Assembly: GCF_964355755.1 (NCBI RefSeq)
Contig: NC_092676.1
Span: 4,565,888-4,629,887 of the forward strand
DNA: 64,000 bases
Direction of reading: 5' to 3'
DNA from: Antedon mediterranea
Lineage: Eukaryota; Animalia; Echinodermata
The position numbers and the translations under genes were made by a program. Under the pieces are notes generated by a model. The model was not told the origin of the DNA. It was given only the letters and a program-made list of their open reading frames with translations, and ran no database searches. Of the stretch, positions 1-16,099 are shown piece after piece (position 1 is the stretch's first letter; every line of letters begins with the position of its first letter).

Positions 1-1184
1 TTTTAATAGATGTTTGATTTAATAGATTTTGTATTAATAAACTAGGTAGAAAGAACAAAACAAAACGCAGACAAATTGAAAAAATTTTGCCCTAAGCGAA
101 ATCAAAACGAACAACTATATTTTAATGGAACTGTTTGTCTGAAATACGCTGTTATGCAAATGAGTAGTATGTTGACGTCGCCCGCCAGTTTCACATAGCC
201 AAAATGTGAACACTCAGTTCTTGAGCTAAGTTTATTATTGGGATGACCTTGAAAAATCGGTACAGTAGAACACCTACCATTTAAAGTTTTACAATGTCAA
301 AGTAAATACTTTAAGAAATCTGGAAAGCGGCTTCATTTTTAATTTTAAAAAATTAAATTTGGGAAGTGCAAATTCTTGGCTTTAATTTTGAATTATGATT
401 TTTTTTTTCCCTTGATCAAATTAAAAGTTTATATAGCATATTTATTATTTATGTAATATTGATATTAAAAGGTCACCAATTCTATGGTAAAATGTAGATT
501 TAATCACTTCAATATCAAATTTGAATAATTATAGTATGCTAAATATATGTACTATAAATATGGTACTGTTGTATAAATATTCATTATATATATAAAACAT
601 TTTTGTATTAATATGAAATTCATAATTGTTTTGGAATCCTTGGATATAGCACAAATACTAAGTAAGTTCTTTGCAACTCTAATTTCTGGACCATAATTTT
701 TAAAAATTCCATCAAATTATTTTTTTTTAGTTACCATTATCATGTAGTGTAAGAGTACTACAGATTCTTCTTCCAATTAGAGACCATCCCTTAAACCATG
801 TTTTTTATCTTAAGGTACAGTATGTCTACAAAAAAATATGTGACCATATATGGTCATATCACTACCATATTTGAGCATATCACTACCATATTTGGGCACA
901 TCACTACCATATGTAGGCAGCTCATACTTTTTTTGTCAGATAGTGTGTTGACAGAGCTTTAAGCAAATAATTTTCTAATTTAGGACCAACTGTTAATAAT
1001 CTTTAAATCTAAGCAGCAGATAAGACAATTTTTTTAATGAATCTCCCGAAAAGTTTATAAAATACAAATTGCAATCTAATTTATTTGGGTATAATAACAT
1101 GTTTAATAATTTATTTAATAATAATCAAGTACTCGATCAAATGATTATCACATTTTATTTAGAACATTTATTTTTATAACCTGA

Positions 1185-2310
1185 TCGTACTATAGTTGAA
1201 AAATGTATAGAAAAATAGGTAGACTTTCAGTATTATTTTATCACAGCCATAGTGCACGGTCTTAAAATAATGTTATGCCTCTAAAGGCTTTTAAAAAAGT
1301 AGATTAAAATAAAAAGTTCACTTGTTTTTGGTAAATTATGTTACACACACCGGGGAGACATTTTTTTTCTTCTCGGAAATTCTCAGTGGATAAATTCAGG
1401 CAATTTTAAAACAATGTAATATATATATCTTTTTGTACATAATAAAAGTGATATTCCTTTTTATTGAATTACAGTTTTTTATCAGTTTCAAATCAGTTAA
1501 AAATTGATTAAATCATTAACATTAAAAACTAGAAAGCCACTCCGAGAGTGCATACCTCCTCCAACATAAGATTTCTCCAGACACACAATTTAAATAATCA
1601 AAAAATTACACAGCAATAAAGTGAGGGTACCAGCAGATTTTTACAATAACCTAGAAAATTGTAATCAACTCTGATCTTAATAAACATGACATTTTTTTCT
1701 TAAAAAATATATATTTTTTATGATTGTAAGTAGCATTTTTATGGTTGTAGTAGTTTGGTATTTTTTTTCTCATTAATTCATAAAAGTTTATGGACATTTT
1801 TAGTTGTGTGCAACGTGACTCTACAGCTCACTATGTTGGTCAGTCCGTCGGTCAGTTGGTCGGTAAACATTAACTAATCGTACTATAGTTGAAAAATGTA
1901 TAGAAAAATGTGTAGTCTTTCAGTATTATTTTATAATAATGTTATGCCCCTAAAGGCTTTTAAAACAATGAAGTAGATTGAAAAGATCACTTGTTTTTGG
2001 TAAATTATGTTACACACCGGGAGACATTTTTTTCTTCTCGGAAATTCTAAGTAATTCTCAGTGGATACATTCAGGCAATTTTAAAACAATGTAATACTAT
2101 ATCTTTTTGTAAATAATAAAAGTGATATTCCCTTTTATTGAATTACATTTTTTCATCAGTTACAAATCAGTTAAAAATAGATAAAATCATCAACATTAAT
2201 ATGATATAGCCTATATTATATCTTTTTTACATAATAAAAGGGAAATTTCTTTTTATTGAATTACGGTTTTTCATCAGTTACAAATCAGTTGATTAAATCA
2301 TTAACATTAA
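1185..2310. repeat. Local duplications of the SDR 3'-end/3'-UTR region
   Basis: 1185-1523 matches 1877-2200, and its last ~100 bp occur a third time at 2215-2310. 1585-1850 also matches 3097-3375. Confidence 0.8.
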
Positions 2311-5300
2311 AAATGATATAGCCTATCACTTATAAAATGTGGCATATGAAGCATAACGAATGTTCGTACATGCCAATAAAGATCTTTTGGTTCGTAACGA
2401 ACCTTTGGATATTTTTTAGTTACTGCATCTTTTAGACTATTCACAACCGGAGAGGTATCTTTCACTCCGCACTCGGAATAATATTTCATTATCTGAACCG
2501 ATCCATCAAATACTCCCTTTCCGTATGCTTCCTGAACTTCCTCGCTCATCTCTTCCCACATTTTTTTTGATAACTTTGAAATACTTTCGTCTGTGAATAT
2601 ATTTGTGGCCGCTACAAAATTTCCTGGTTCGATTATACTAACGTGTACGCCCCATTCTTTCATTTCGTATCGTAGACACTGCGAGAATCCTTCAACTCCA
2701 TATTTGGACACGACATATGGCGATCGACCGGCAGCACCCTGACGTGCTAGTCCGCTTGCGATGTTGATGACACGACCTGAATTTAAAAGATAATACATAC
2801 ATTTATTATATATTATTATTTTTTTTATTATTATTTTTTTTTTTTTCGCACTAGTTAACAAATTTATGTACATTTTAGCAGTGTCAATCCAACTTTTAAA
2901 GGAAAATCGTGATTTTTATTCACATTTTCTTTTAAATCTAAGAAATGTACAGTTTGGGTAAATATTTTAAACAATTATACCTCGTTAAAAAAAAAAAATT
3001 GTAGTACCGTGTATAAATAGTTCAGTGTTTAAACTTAAATAGGGTACGCACAGTTAAAGGGTTATTTGTATAGTTATATTACAGTATTTATATAACACAC
3101 AATTAAAATAATAACAAAATTACACAGCAATAAGTGAGGGTACATACCAGCATATTTTTACAATAACCTAGAAAATTGTAATCAACTCTGATCTTAATAA
3201 ACATGACATTTTTTTCTTAAAAAATATATATTTTTTATGATTGTTAATTAGCATTTTTATGATTAGTAGCATTTTTATGGTTGTAGTTTTTTTTTCATTA
3301 ATTCATAAAAGTTTATGGACATTTTTAGTCGTATGCAACGCGACTCGGCTCATTATGTTGGTCAGTCAGTTGGTAAAACTAACTTGAGCACGCGACTGCA
3401 GCCATGTATATGGCCTTGTTATGATGCTGGTAAAAGCACCCTACTATTAGTTAGATGTTTGTCTAATTAGGCTATTGAAAAAAAATAGTAGTCAGCTTTT
3501 TTGTCTCCTCTTAATTTCTGGTAGAATACAATAATAATAGTTTATATAATTACATGCATGAGTGAATTTTGCATGCATGAGCGACTCTATTTTTATTTTA
3601 GATTTTGGCTCTGTAGTAGTTTTTAAGCAACTACATAAATTATTTGTGATTATTTCAGATCAGCTTTATTTCACAACTAATTCCTCTATATATTGAGTAT
3701 TTGATTGAAATATATATTTATACTGGGTAACCTCTTCAGTCAAAGACGGGTCTCCCAGAGGGCCCAGTTGGTGATCAGTGGCTGTGATGTACTAATACAC
3801 CGGGGTAACCCCCTACTCGTCTCGAAAGATGTACTAGGTTCTTTAAAGTGCACACGAGCTAGATGTGTACACTGGACCTACGGTTTATAGTCCTTATCCG
3901 AGAAGACTCGTTCTACCACCAGAACCATGGAGTGAGTGAGCCTCGAACCCATGCCGATGTTATGGCTACGTAATTACGGTTCCACTGTCTTAACCGCTCG
4001 GCCACTCACTCACTCAAGACTCATTTCTAAGACGTCTCTGCGATCTTGTTCAGAGTAATCGCTTATTCTATCCAGCAGTCGATCTTGAGTATGTAATTAC
4101 AAAACTCTAAATGGAGTATCACTCGCTGTGTAGATAGAGGTTGAGGAGGGGAGAGCTAGTCAAACTCTAAATGGAGTATCACTCGCTGTGTAGATAGAGG
4201 TTGAGGAGGGGAGAGCTAGTCAAACTCTAAATGGAGTATCACTCTGGCTGTGTAGATAGAGGTTGAGGAGGGGAGAGCTAGTCAAACTCTAAATGGAGTA
4301 TCACTCGCTGTGTAGATAGAGGTTGAGGAGGGGAGAGCTAGTCAAACTTTAAATGGAGTATCACTCGCTGTGTAGATAGAGGTTGAGGAGGGGAGAGCTA
4401 GTCAAACTTAGATATCCTTTGGAAAAACTGTATGTAAATGAAAAACAACTAAGCATTATATTTATTATTATCCTTTTTATTGGGCCTCTTCTGTCTTCCA
4501 TTTTAAATTGTAAATCTGTCTGGAAACATAAATTGCTCATTTTAAGGCAGGATAAAAAATTCACCTTTTAATAATTTTCTGGCATTTTATTTTTGCATAT
4601 ATAAATATATAAGCCAAATTATTCTACCTAACCTAAAATCCAAATCCAATTGAATGACTTTTATTTGATGCCATGCCAGTGACTCTGGCTGGGGCCTTTA
4701 AAGCACTGGGGCCCCTGGGTTTAGCCAGTGAGCGCTCGTAGCCATTACGCCACAACTTTTATATTTTACATTACATCAGACTCCCCACGCTCAAAACGCA
4801 ACAACATATGGTACATTACAGATAATACTTTGCTAAACTGTGTGTAAATATTGTCAAAATTAGATATCAAGTAGGCTACACTTAGATAATATATAGATAG
4901 CTCCGACCTTTAACTTTTCTTATCAAAGGTAAGAATGCCTTTGTTATTCGAATCGTTCCAAACAGGTTGACTTCAGACACAAATTTGTACGTATCCATTG
5001 TGTTCCATTCCACGTGACCAAATGTGGACGTGCCCGCATTGTTCACCACCGCCCATAAACCTTAAATAAAAAAATCTTATCTGTAGATTATTATAAATAA
5101 AGTATTGTATTGTATCATAGTATAAATACCAAAAACTAAAAAAAAAAATAAATAATCTGATGAAACCATGATTTTATAGATTTTAATGACTAAAGCTGGG
5201 TAACTATTTCTATCATAAAAATGGTATATTTTTTAATATATTTATATAAACACATCAGGGAACATTAATTCTAAACCGCCCGGTGATATACTGAAATTTA

Positions 5301-6627
5301 ATTAAATGATTTCAAAAGATAAAGATGAGGAAATCTGTGAGAATGAGAAAAAGTCGCCCCAACCGAGACTCCAACCCGGCCCCCTTCTGCTTGATATGCG
5401 GATTTCCAACCATTAGACCATTGGGGCTTTCAGGGTACAGTATTGTTCAAACTCGACTTTTCACCAATCTGGTAAATTTAAGTATTTATTTCATGAAGCT
5501 TGCTCTGTTTAACTGGCTTTACTACTGTGGTTTAAAATCCACTGGTTTTATATATTATAATAAAAAATAGAAATTTTAAACCTGGACTTTATCATTTTAA
5601 AAATGGGAGGTGCTTATAATTTGTATGAAAAAAATTGATATGTAATCAAAATTTCATTTTATGAAGATATAACAATTACTTTCCTTGTTTTTAGAAATTT
5701 TGACAAAATGAAGTCAACTTTTTTTTACAGGTAGGCCTAATATATAAACAAATTACAAAAAGCAGACATACATCTGAAAATAATTATCAAAACATAAAAA
5801 AAATTAGAAAAATTCACAGCAAAATTAAAAATTACTTAATTACATACCATTTAAGTTCTTTACGTTGAGATTTGAATTTATAAGTTGAAAAGCTTCACTG
5901 ACTTGTTTGTCATTTGTGACATCAAGTTGTAAAATCGTTAAATTTGACGAGGTTGCTTTTTCTAATTCTTTTGCATTTTCGCCATCTTGAAATAAACATC
6001 CTTATAGAAGAAAAGATATACAATTACGTTTTTATTAAAATAAATAGATAAGTAGAACTTTATATATTTTCTATATAAAGTTGTGGTCGACCCATGAAAT
6101 CGATCGCGTTAAGCAACTTTCGGTATAATTTACCGCGCCGCGATGCGGCGATAAACAATTGATCATTCACATCGATTTATATACCGCGTACTAAACTGGG
6201 GTAGAAGGCTAGGATTTCTCACCATTGCATAGATAGAGCATATTGAGATAAAGAGGGATGTTTTTGTTTTTTTTGGTAAGTACGTTCTTTGGCTAGGCTC
6301 TCCATAATAGATACTAGGAAAACTTCATTTTATTCGCCACCAAAATAACACTAACATTAACCCTAAGCCTGTGATCGACGAAGACTGGGCGCGTAGGCCT
6401 GATAAACATACAAGTACTCCGTACTGAGCAGCAAAAGTCTATTTACCTGCGTATACCAGGTAGCCTAAACGATCGAGAGCTTTGGAAAGTTGGTAACCAA
6501 ATCCTGTATCACAACCCGTGATTAAAACTGCCTTTCCTTTAGGGTCGACATCAACACGTTTGATTAATGATGCGATTCCAAATACAGCTATTAATGATGT
6601 AAAACCCAATACAATTTCCACAAACAT
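2307..6627 (-). CDS. Short-chain dehydrogenase/reductase, SDR9C family, D-beta-hydroxybutyrate dehydrogenase (BDH1)-like, 318 aa, 4 exons
   Basis: Exons 6627-6447, 6000-5848, 5060-4908, 2776-2307 (957 nt), all GT-AG and in frame. Motifs: hydrophobic N-terminus, TGCDTGFG (TGxxxGxG), [21 protein letters not shown], catalytic [25 protein letters not shown]. Start chosen at MFVEIVLG; an upstream in-frame ATG at 6702 also exists. Confidence 0.9.
3716..4014 (-). mobile_element. tRNA-derived SINE with a V-SINE-like central domain
   Basis: Minus strand: box A TGGCCGAGCGGTTAAG, box B GGTTCGAGGC, then GGATAAGGACTATAAACCGTAGGTCC...GAGTAGGGGGTTACCCCGGTGT resembling the V domain as recalled (not searched), then a LINE-like tail. 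Confidence 0.7.
4101..4408. repeat. 60-bp minisatellite, ~5 copies, in SDR intron 3
   Basis: Unit AAACTCTAAATGGAGTATCACTCGCTGTGTAGATAGAGGTTGAGGAGGGGAGAGCTAGTC repeated head to tail with no spacers. Confidence 0.95.
5356..5427 (-). pseudogene. Degenerate tRNA-like sequence (Asp-like) or SINE head
   Basis: 72 nt with perfect acceptor stem GCCCCAA/TTGGGGC and T-stem CCGGG/CTCGG. The T-loop is mutated (TTGGAGT) and the D and anticodon arms are poor. Confidence 0.5.
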
Positions 6628-6900
6628 TATTATAGGCCTATCTTGCAGACGATCCGATGTGGTGGATGGTGAAGCGAAATCCAGGGGCCAAATATCTGAC
6701 ATGACACATCATTGATTGGTCACATTTTGAATGACGTAACAAATGTTACGGTCCGTTAAATTCAAGTTCTTGCATATCCGTGCAAATGATTTGAATGGGA
6801 AAAAATCACGTTTTATGAGCATATTATACGACCTCTTGTGTTTATTGTTCTTTAAAAAGGCAAGATTAAACGGCGAGATTAACATTTTTAATTTCTAAAA
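6628..6900. promoter_or_regulatory. Candidate bidirectional promoter between the SDR gene and SULT copy 1
   Basis: Divergent start codons only 273 bp apart. Contains an inverted CCAAT box (GATTGG ~6714-6719) and a CRE/ATF-like ATGACGTAA (~6732-6740). Confidence 0.5.
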
Positions 6901-9708
<2,808 letters not shown>

Positions 9709-10326
9709 ATGTTTAAAAAAGATAGCTGTGAAGAAATCAATGTATCATTATCACTAATAAAAGAGATAAAAAAACTATTTCGAAATCCACCTATTTTTTC
9801 TTGCGCGTCGTGTTCATATTTCTATAGAACTTTTCAGGTTTCTTATCGAAATAAAAAATATGATTTAGAAGGTTAGGCTCTGTTTATTTAAGGGTTAGGT
9901 TAATGAAGAGTTTAGGTTTAGTGGATAGGCCTAAGTTAGTCATAGGCCCGATTGTCCGTAGTCCCGATCGTCTGAATCTGATAACCGTACATTATTATCA
10001 GGGCCTATAATAATTAATAGCACATACGTCATACATAAAATTTCCAATAACAAAACTACTGTAAATGAAGGTTAGACAATAATTAATAGAATTGTGACTG
10101 GTTTATGTTTTAATAATCACAGAGTTTTTTTTATAGTAAATAATAAAATTTACTGTCCCCGATGACAATAATTTTTAATCAGACAACGAATTTCACTCGG
10201 TATAGTAGACGAGTAGAGAACACGAGTAAGTCTTTAACGTCTTTTAAATAAATTAAACTAAATAGTAGTAGTAGCATAGACCTATAAATCTATATGTCCA
10301 TGGTAGTAGTAAGTACGGTATCCAAT

Positions 10327-12445
<2,119 letters not shown>

Positions 12446-13221
12446 ATGTTTAAAAAACATAACTGTGACGAATCAATAATATAAACTGCTGAACATTATA
12501 AATGATATTATGCCTCCGACATAAATAATAGTATGTAAGTAATAATGTATCTTTAGGCCTAGAACTTTCAGGTTGCTAACCGAATAACAAATATCATTTA
12601 GAAGGTTAGGCTCGAATTATTTAGTGGTTAGATTGATTTAAAGGCCAGGTGCGGGCAAAAAATTTATATTGATCATACATTCCAATAATTATCGATCTAT
12701 AGTTTCTCCTATGTTTCATAATTTTTTAGATTTTATTTGTGTTACACGAGCTTGTTGAAAATAAGCATTTTCATATCAGTGGGGGGATAGTTCAAATTAC
12801 ACAGTAAAATCTCTATTCTTTTGTACACACATTTTGTAAATAGAGAGGCATTTTAAAAAGCTATGAAAAATAAATGGTGTGGTAAACAAGAAGAAGAAAA
12901 AGATAAGGAGTTGTGAACATATGGTAGCCAATCGTCGGTATTGACCAAAGTTTACAATGAAATTGCCCTATGTTTTAACAATCATAGTGGTAAATATTCG
13001 GCAATTCATTTGCAACTCTTAGAAATGTACAGACACGTAGGCCCTATCGCTCGACGTACGCTCATACAGGGAAGAAGGTATGAGTTATTCACGATCGAGT
13101 TTACGAATTTTTAAAATTTACGAATAACCTTTGTACTGTGGGACACGTATTTGGAGGATTTTCAGAGATGAGGTGAGGGTGTTGGGCATATCGGGGATGG
13201 GGGTTCGCAGTCGGTTATGAG

Positions 13222-13342
13222 GGGTTCGCCCGAACCAGGCTACGGGCCCGATACTCAGACATCGAATTTTCATTCGGTATAATACACCGAATGAAAATTC
13301 GATGTTTGAGTATCAGGCCCGTAGCCTGGTTCAGGCGAACCC
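13222..13342. repeat. Long imperfect palindrome (~56-bp arms)
   Basis: GGGTTCGCCCGAACCAGGCTACGGGCC...TTCATTCGGT / ACCGAATGAA...GGCCCGTAGCCTGGTTCAGGCGAACCC with few mismatches. Confidence 0.9.
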
Positions 13343-13508
13343 GAATGAAAATGTGATGTCTGATTAAAAATTATGGAAATCTTGGAGAGTACATTTTATT
13401 TTCATCTGAAAAATAAATACGTATGTCTGGTCCCTGGATGTAACATTGGTTGATACGATTCGTACAAAGTACACCGCCAGACAACAGCGTACCTATTGTT
13501 TAGATCAC

Positions 13509-14182
13509 TGATACTACCATTGTAGGTCTAATCAATGATGACAGTGATGAGTCTAATTATCGCAACCAAGTTAAACGAGTTGTAGACTGGTGTAACGAAA
13601 ACAATCTGTTCTTGAATGTATCTAAGACCAAAGAAATGGTTGTTGACTTCCGTAAATCACTTAATGTCAAATATCCAATATTTATTAATGGTATATCAGT
13701 TGAGTTTGTAGAAGAATTTAAATTCTTGGGTATTTATATTTCAAATGATCTGAAGTGGCATATTAACACACGTAACATTATTAGAAAGGCCCAAAGAAGA
13801 ATCTACTTCCTACGTAGACTTAAATCATTTGGTATAAACTCTGAAATAATGTCGTCCTTCTATAGGTCAGTTATAGAGAGTGTAATAACGTATTCTTTAA
13901 CGGTATGGTTCGGTAGCGCTACCGAAAATGAAAAGCGTGACCTAAATAGAATAGTCAAGACCGCATCGCGTATAATTGGATCTACACAACTGCCTTTGGA
14001 GAACATATTTTCGGATCGTCTTCTGAAAAAGGCAGTGGCTATCAAAGATGATCATTTTCATCCGGCCTCTAGTATGTTCCAGTTGATGCGCAGTGGTCGG
14101 CGATTTCGTTCTATTAAGGCCAATAAGGCACGATTTACAAATAGTTTCTTTCCAGGATCTATTAGAGCCTTAAATATGATGT

Positions 14183-14221
<39 letters not shown>

Positions 14222-14342
14222 AGTTCGTGTTGTGTCCGTTGGATATTGTGCTCCGCCAACAGAGCAAACAGAATTTCTATGTTTTTCCTAAAACAAATGA
14301 TAATAAATGATACTTGATACTTGATACTTGATACTTGATACT
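13509..14342 (+). mobile_element. 5'-truncated Rex1/Babar-clade LINE (RT C-terminus plus 3' UTR)
   Basis: Open frame DTTIVGLI...LNVSKTKEMVVDFRK...FKFLG...KAQRRIYFLRRLK...FYRSVIES...SFFP...ALN to 14184. Poly-T tract, 3' UTR CAGAATTTC...AATGATAATAAA and (GATACTT)n tail; TGATACT at both junctions. Confidence 0.85.
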
Positions 14343-16099
14343 GACAGTCAGCATGTATAATATAAAGTAGCCTATATAGCCTTCCGAGGTACATCAAAAA
14401 ATGGAATGCTGCGGTTATCTACAGTATTTATGTGTGGTTATGAAGTATATTGTATCATCATCATAGAGGATTATAGTGAATATTAATATATTACACTATA
14501 TCTAAAATCTACAGTAGTTTACATTATAGCATTCGATTTTTTTTTCTAGGCCACCAGCGTTTGATACGCATTGAATTTGCCTTCTCACGCGAAGTGCATT
14601 TCGGGGTTTGCCCAATCCGTAGGCCTACGTTCGTCGCATTGGAATTGAAAACGCAAAACAAAATATCGAGTGAATGATCAAACAATCGGCGCATCTAACA
14701 TACGGCAACAAAATGTTATCGTCTTTTAAAGGGGGTCTCGAGTGGGAGGGGAAGGAGTCTACTGTAAACTTCAGGGGATTTACTGTAATCTTCAGGGGTA
14801 ACGGACATGCGCGGTAGGATAGATTTAGACAGGATTAGCGATCCGGTGGGTACAAGCTGTGCACATCCATCGTTGCTGAGTAGCGGCTGTCTAGATTGTC
14901 AGTTATCCGTTTCTTCCAGGTACGTTACGGTAATACTATATCGTAGATTAAGATGATTAATTAATAGTATTAGTTGTATTATAACGAACTTGTTATTTTT
15001 GCCTGTATATAAAATTTATGTAGTTATAATAACAATAGTAACAATAGAAGGCACCGGCAACTCAGAGCCATATGTTGAAAGAGTTGCGACATTTTAGAAA
15101 ATCACGTGGGGGTGCACACCGCCCATTTTTGTGTTCAAAAATAGAAAAATGTATAACCTTCAGAAAGGTTTTAACTATCGAATTTAATATCAAAACAATC
15201 AATTTATTTAAAGTTTTTTGTGAAGATAACGAAATTAGAAAGAGAATATGATTTTAAACAACATCTTCGTGAGGTTAATTTCCCGATTGATCGTAATATG
15301 AAAACGGTACTGGGTATGGTCTACTAGTTTTTCTGCTCCCAACCAGTACATCCATAGAAGCTTTGATGAAGTAAGCCTCCCTGGTGGTAACCATAGAACG
15401 GTTCCGAGATAACGACTATACTTCGGCTTTAGTCGACAGAAGATTGAAAAAATTGTTAGAGATAGAGTATACCATGTTTGATTATGTGTAGATGTGTGAT
15501 TTGTTCTTTTATTCAAATGATGTTATTTATTTAATAAACTTTTTTATACCAATTAATTAAAATTATCGTAGATTGTATATTATGCGATAAATATTATTTA
15601 ATAAGTTTTTGATATATTATTATTGGTATTATTATTATTATATTAAAAAAGATATTTGTTAGTATAAATTAAAAAATATAGATATAAGGAAGAAAAGCAA
15701 AGAGATTATGGAGCGGCTGTACCAGAATATACAACATTAAATATTGTAAAGTTATAATACTAAAAAAAATTTAGGCGATCTTGTCAAAGGTCAAGCGCCT
15801 TCAGCCTGCCACGTTTCGATATTCAATATTGAACTTCACCTTGAATAGTAGGAAATATAATAAAACAATGTTTTGTTTATAACATTCAATTATGTGTTGT
15901 ACTACAGTTGTTGGATTACAGTGATTTTTAAAGATTACAATCGAATTATCAATAACCCATATGGACATTAGTAGTTAGTACGTCTGATTGTGTCTCAGTG
16001 ATTGCGAACTACCACAGTAGCAGTAATATTAGGCATAATATCTTTTATAATTTATAAATGTAATGTGTTATTATAGATTATAGAAGTACGGTATCCAAT

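Noticed and set aside
4101-4408. Regular 60-bp repeats as a CRISPR array
   Set aside because: Units are contiguous with no unique spacers, lie in a eukaryotic intron and have no cas genes nearby: a minisatellite.
5356-5427. tRNA with a TCA (opal suppressor/Sec) anticodon
   Set aside because: The TCA register has no pairing anticodon stem. The pairing register gives an Asp-like ATC loop, and the T-loop and D-arm are degenerate.
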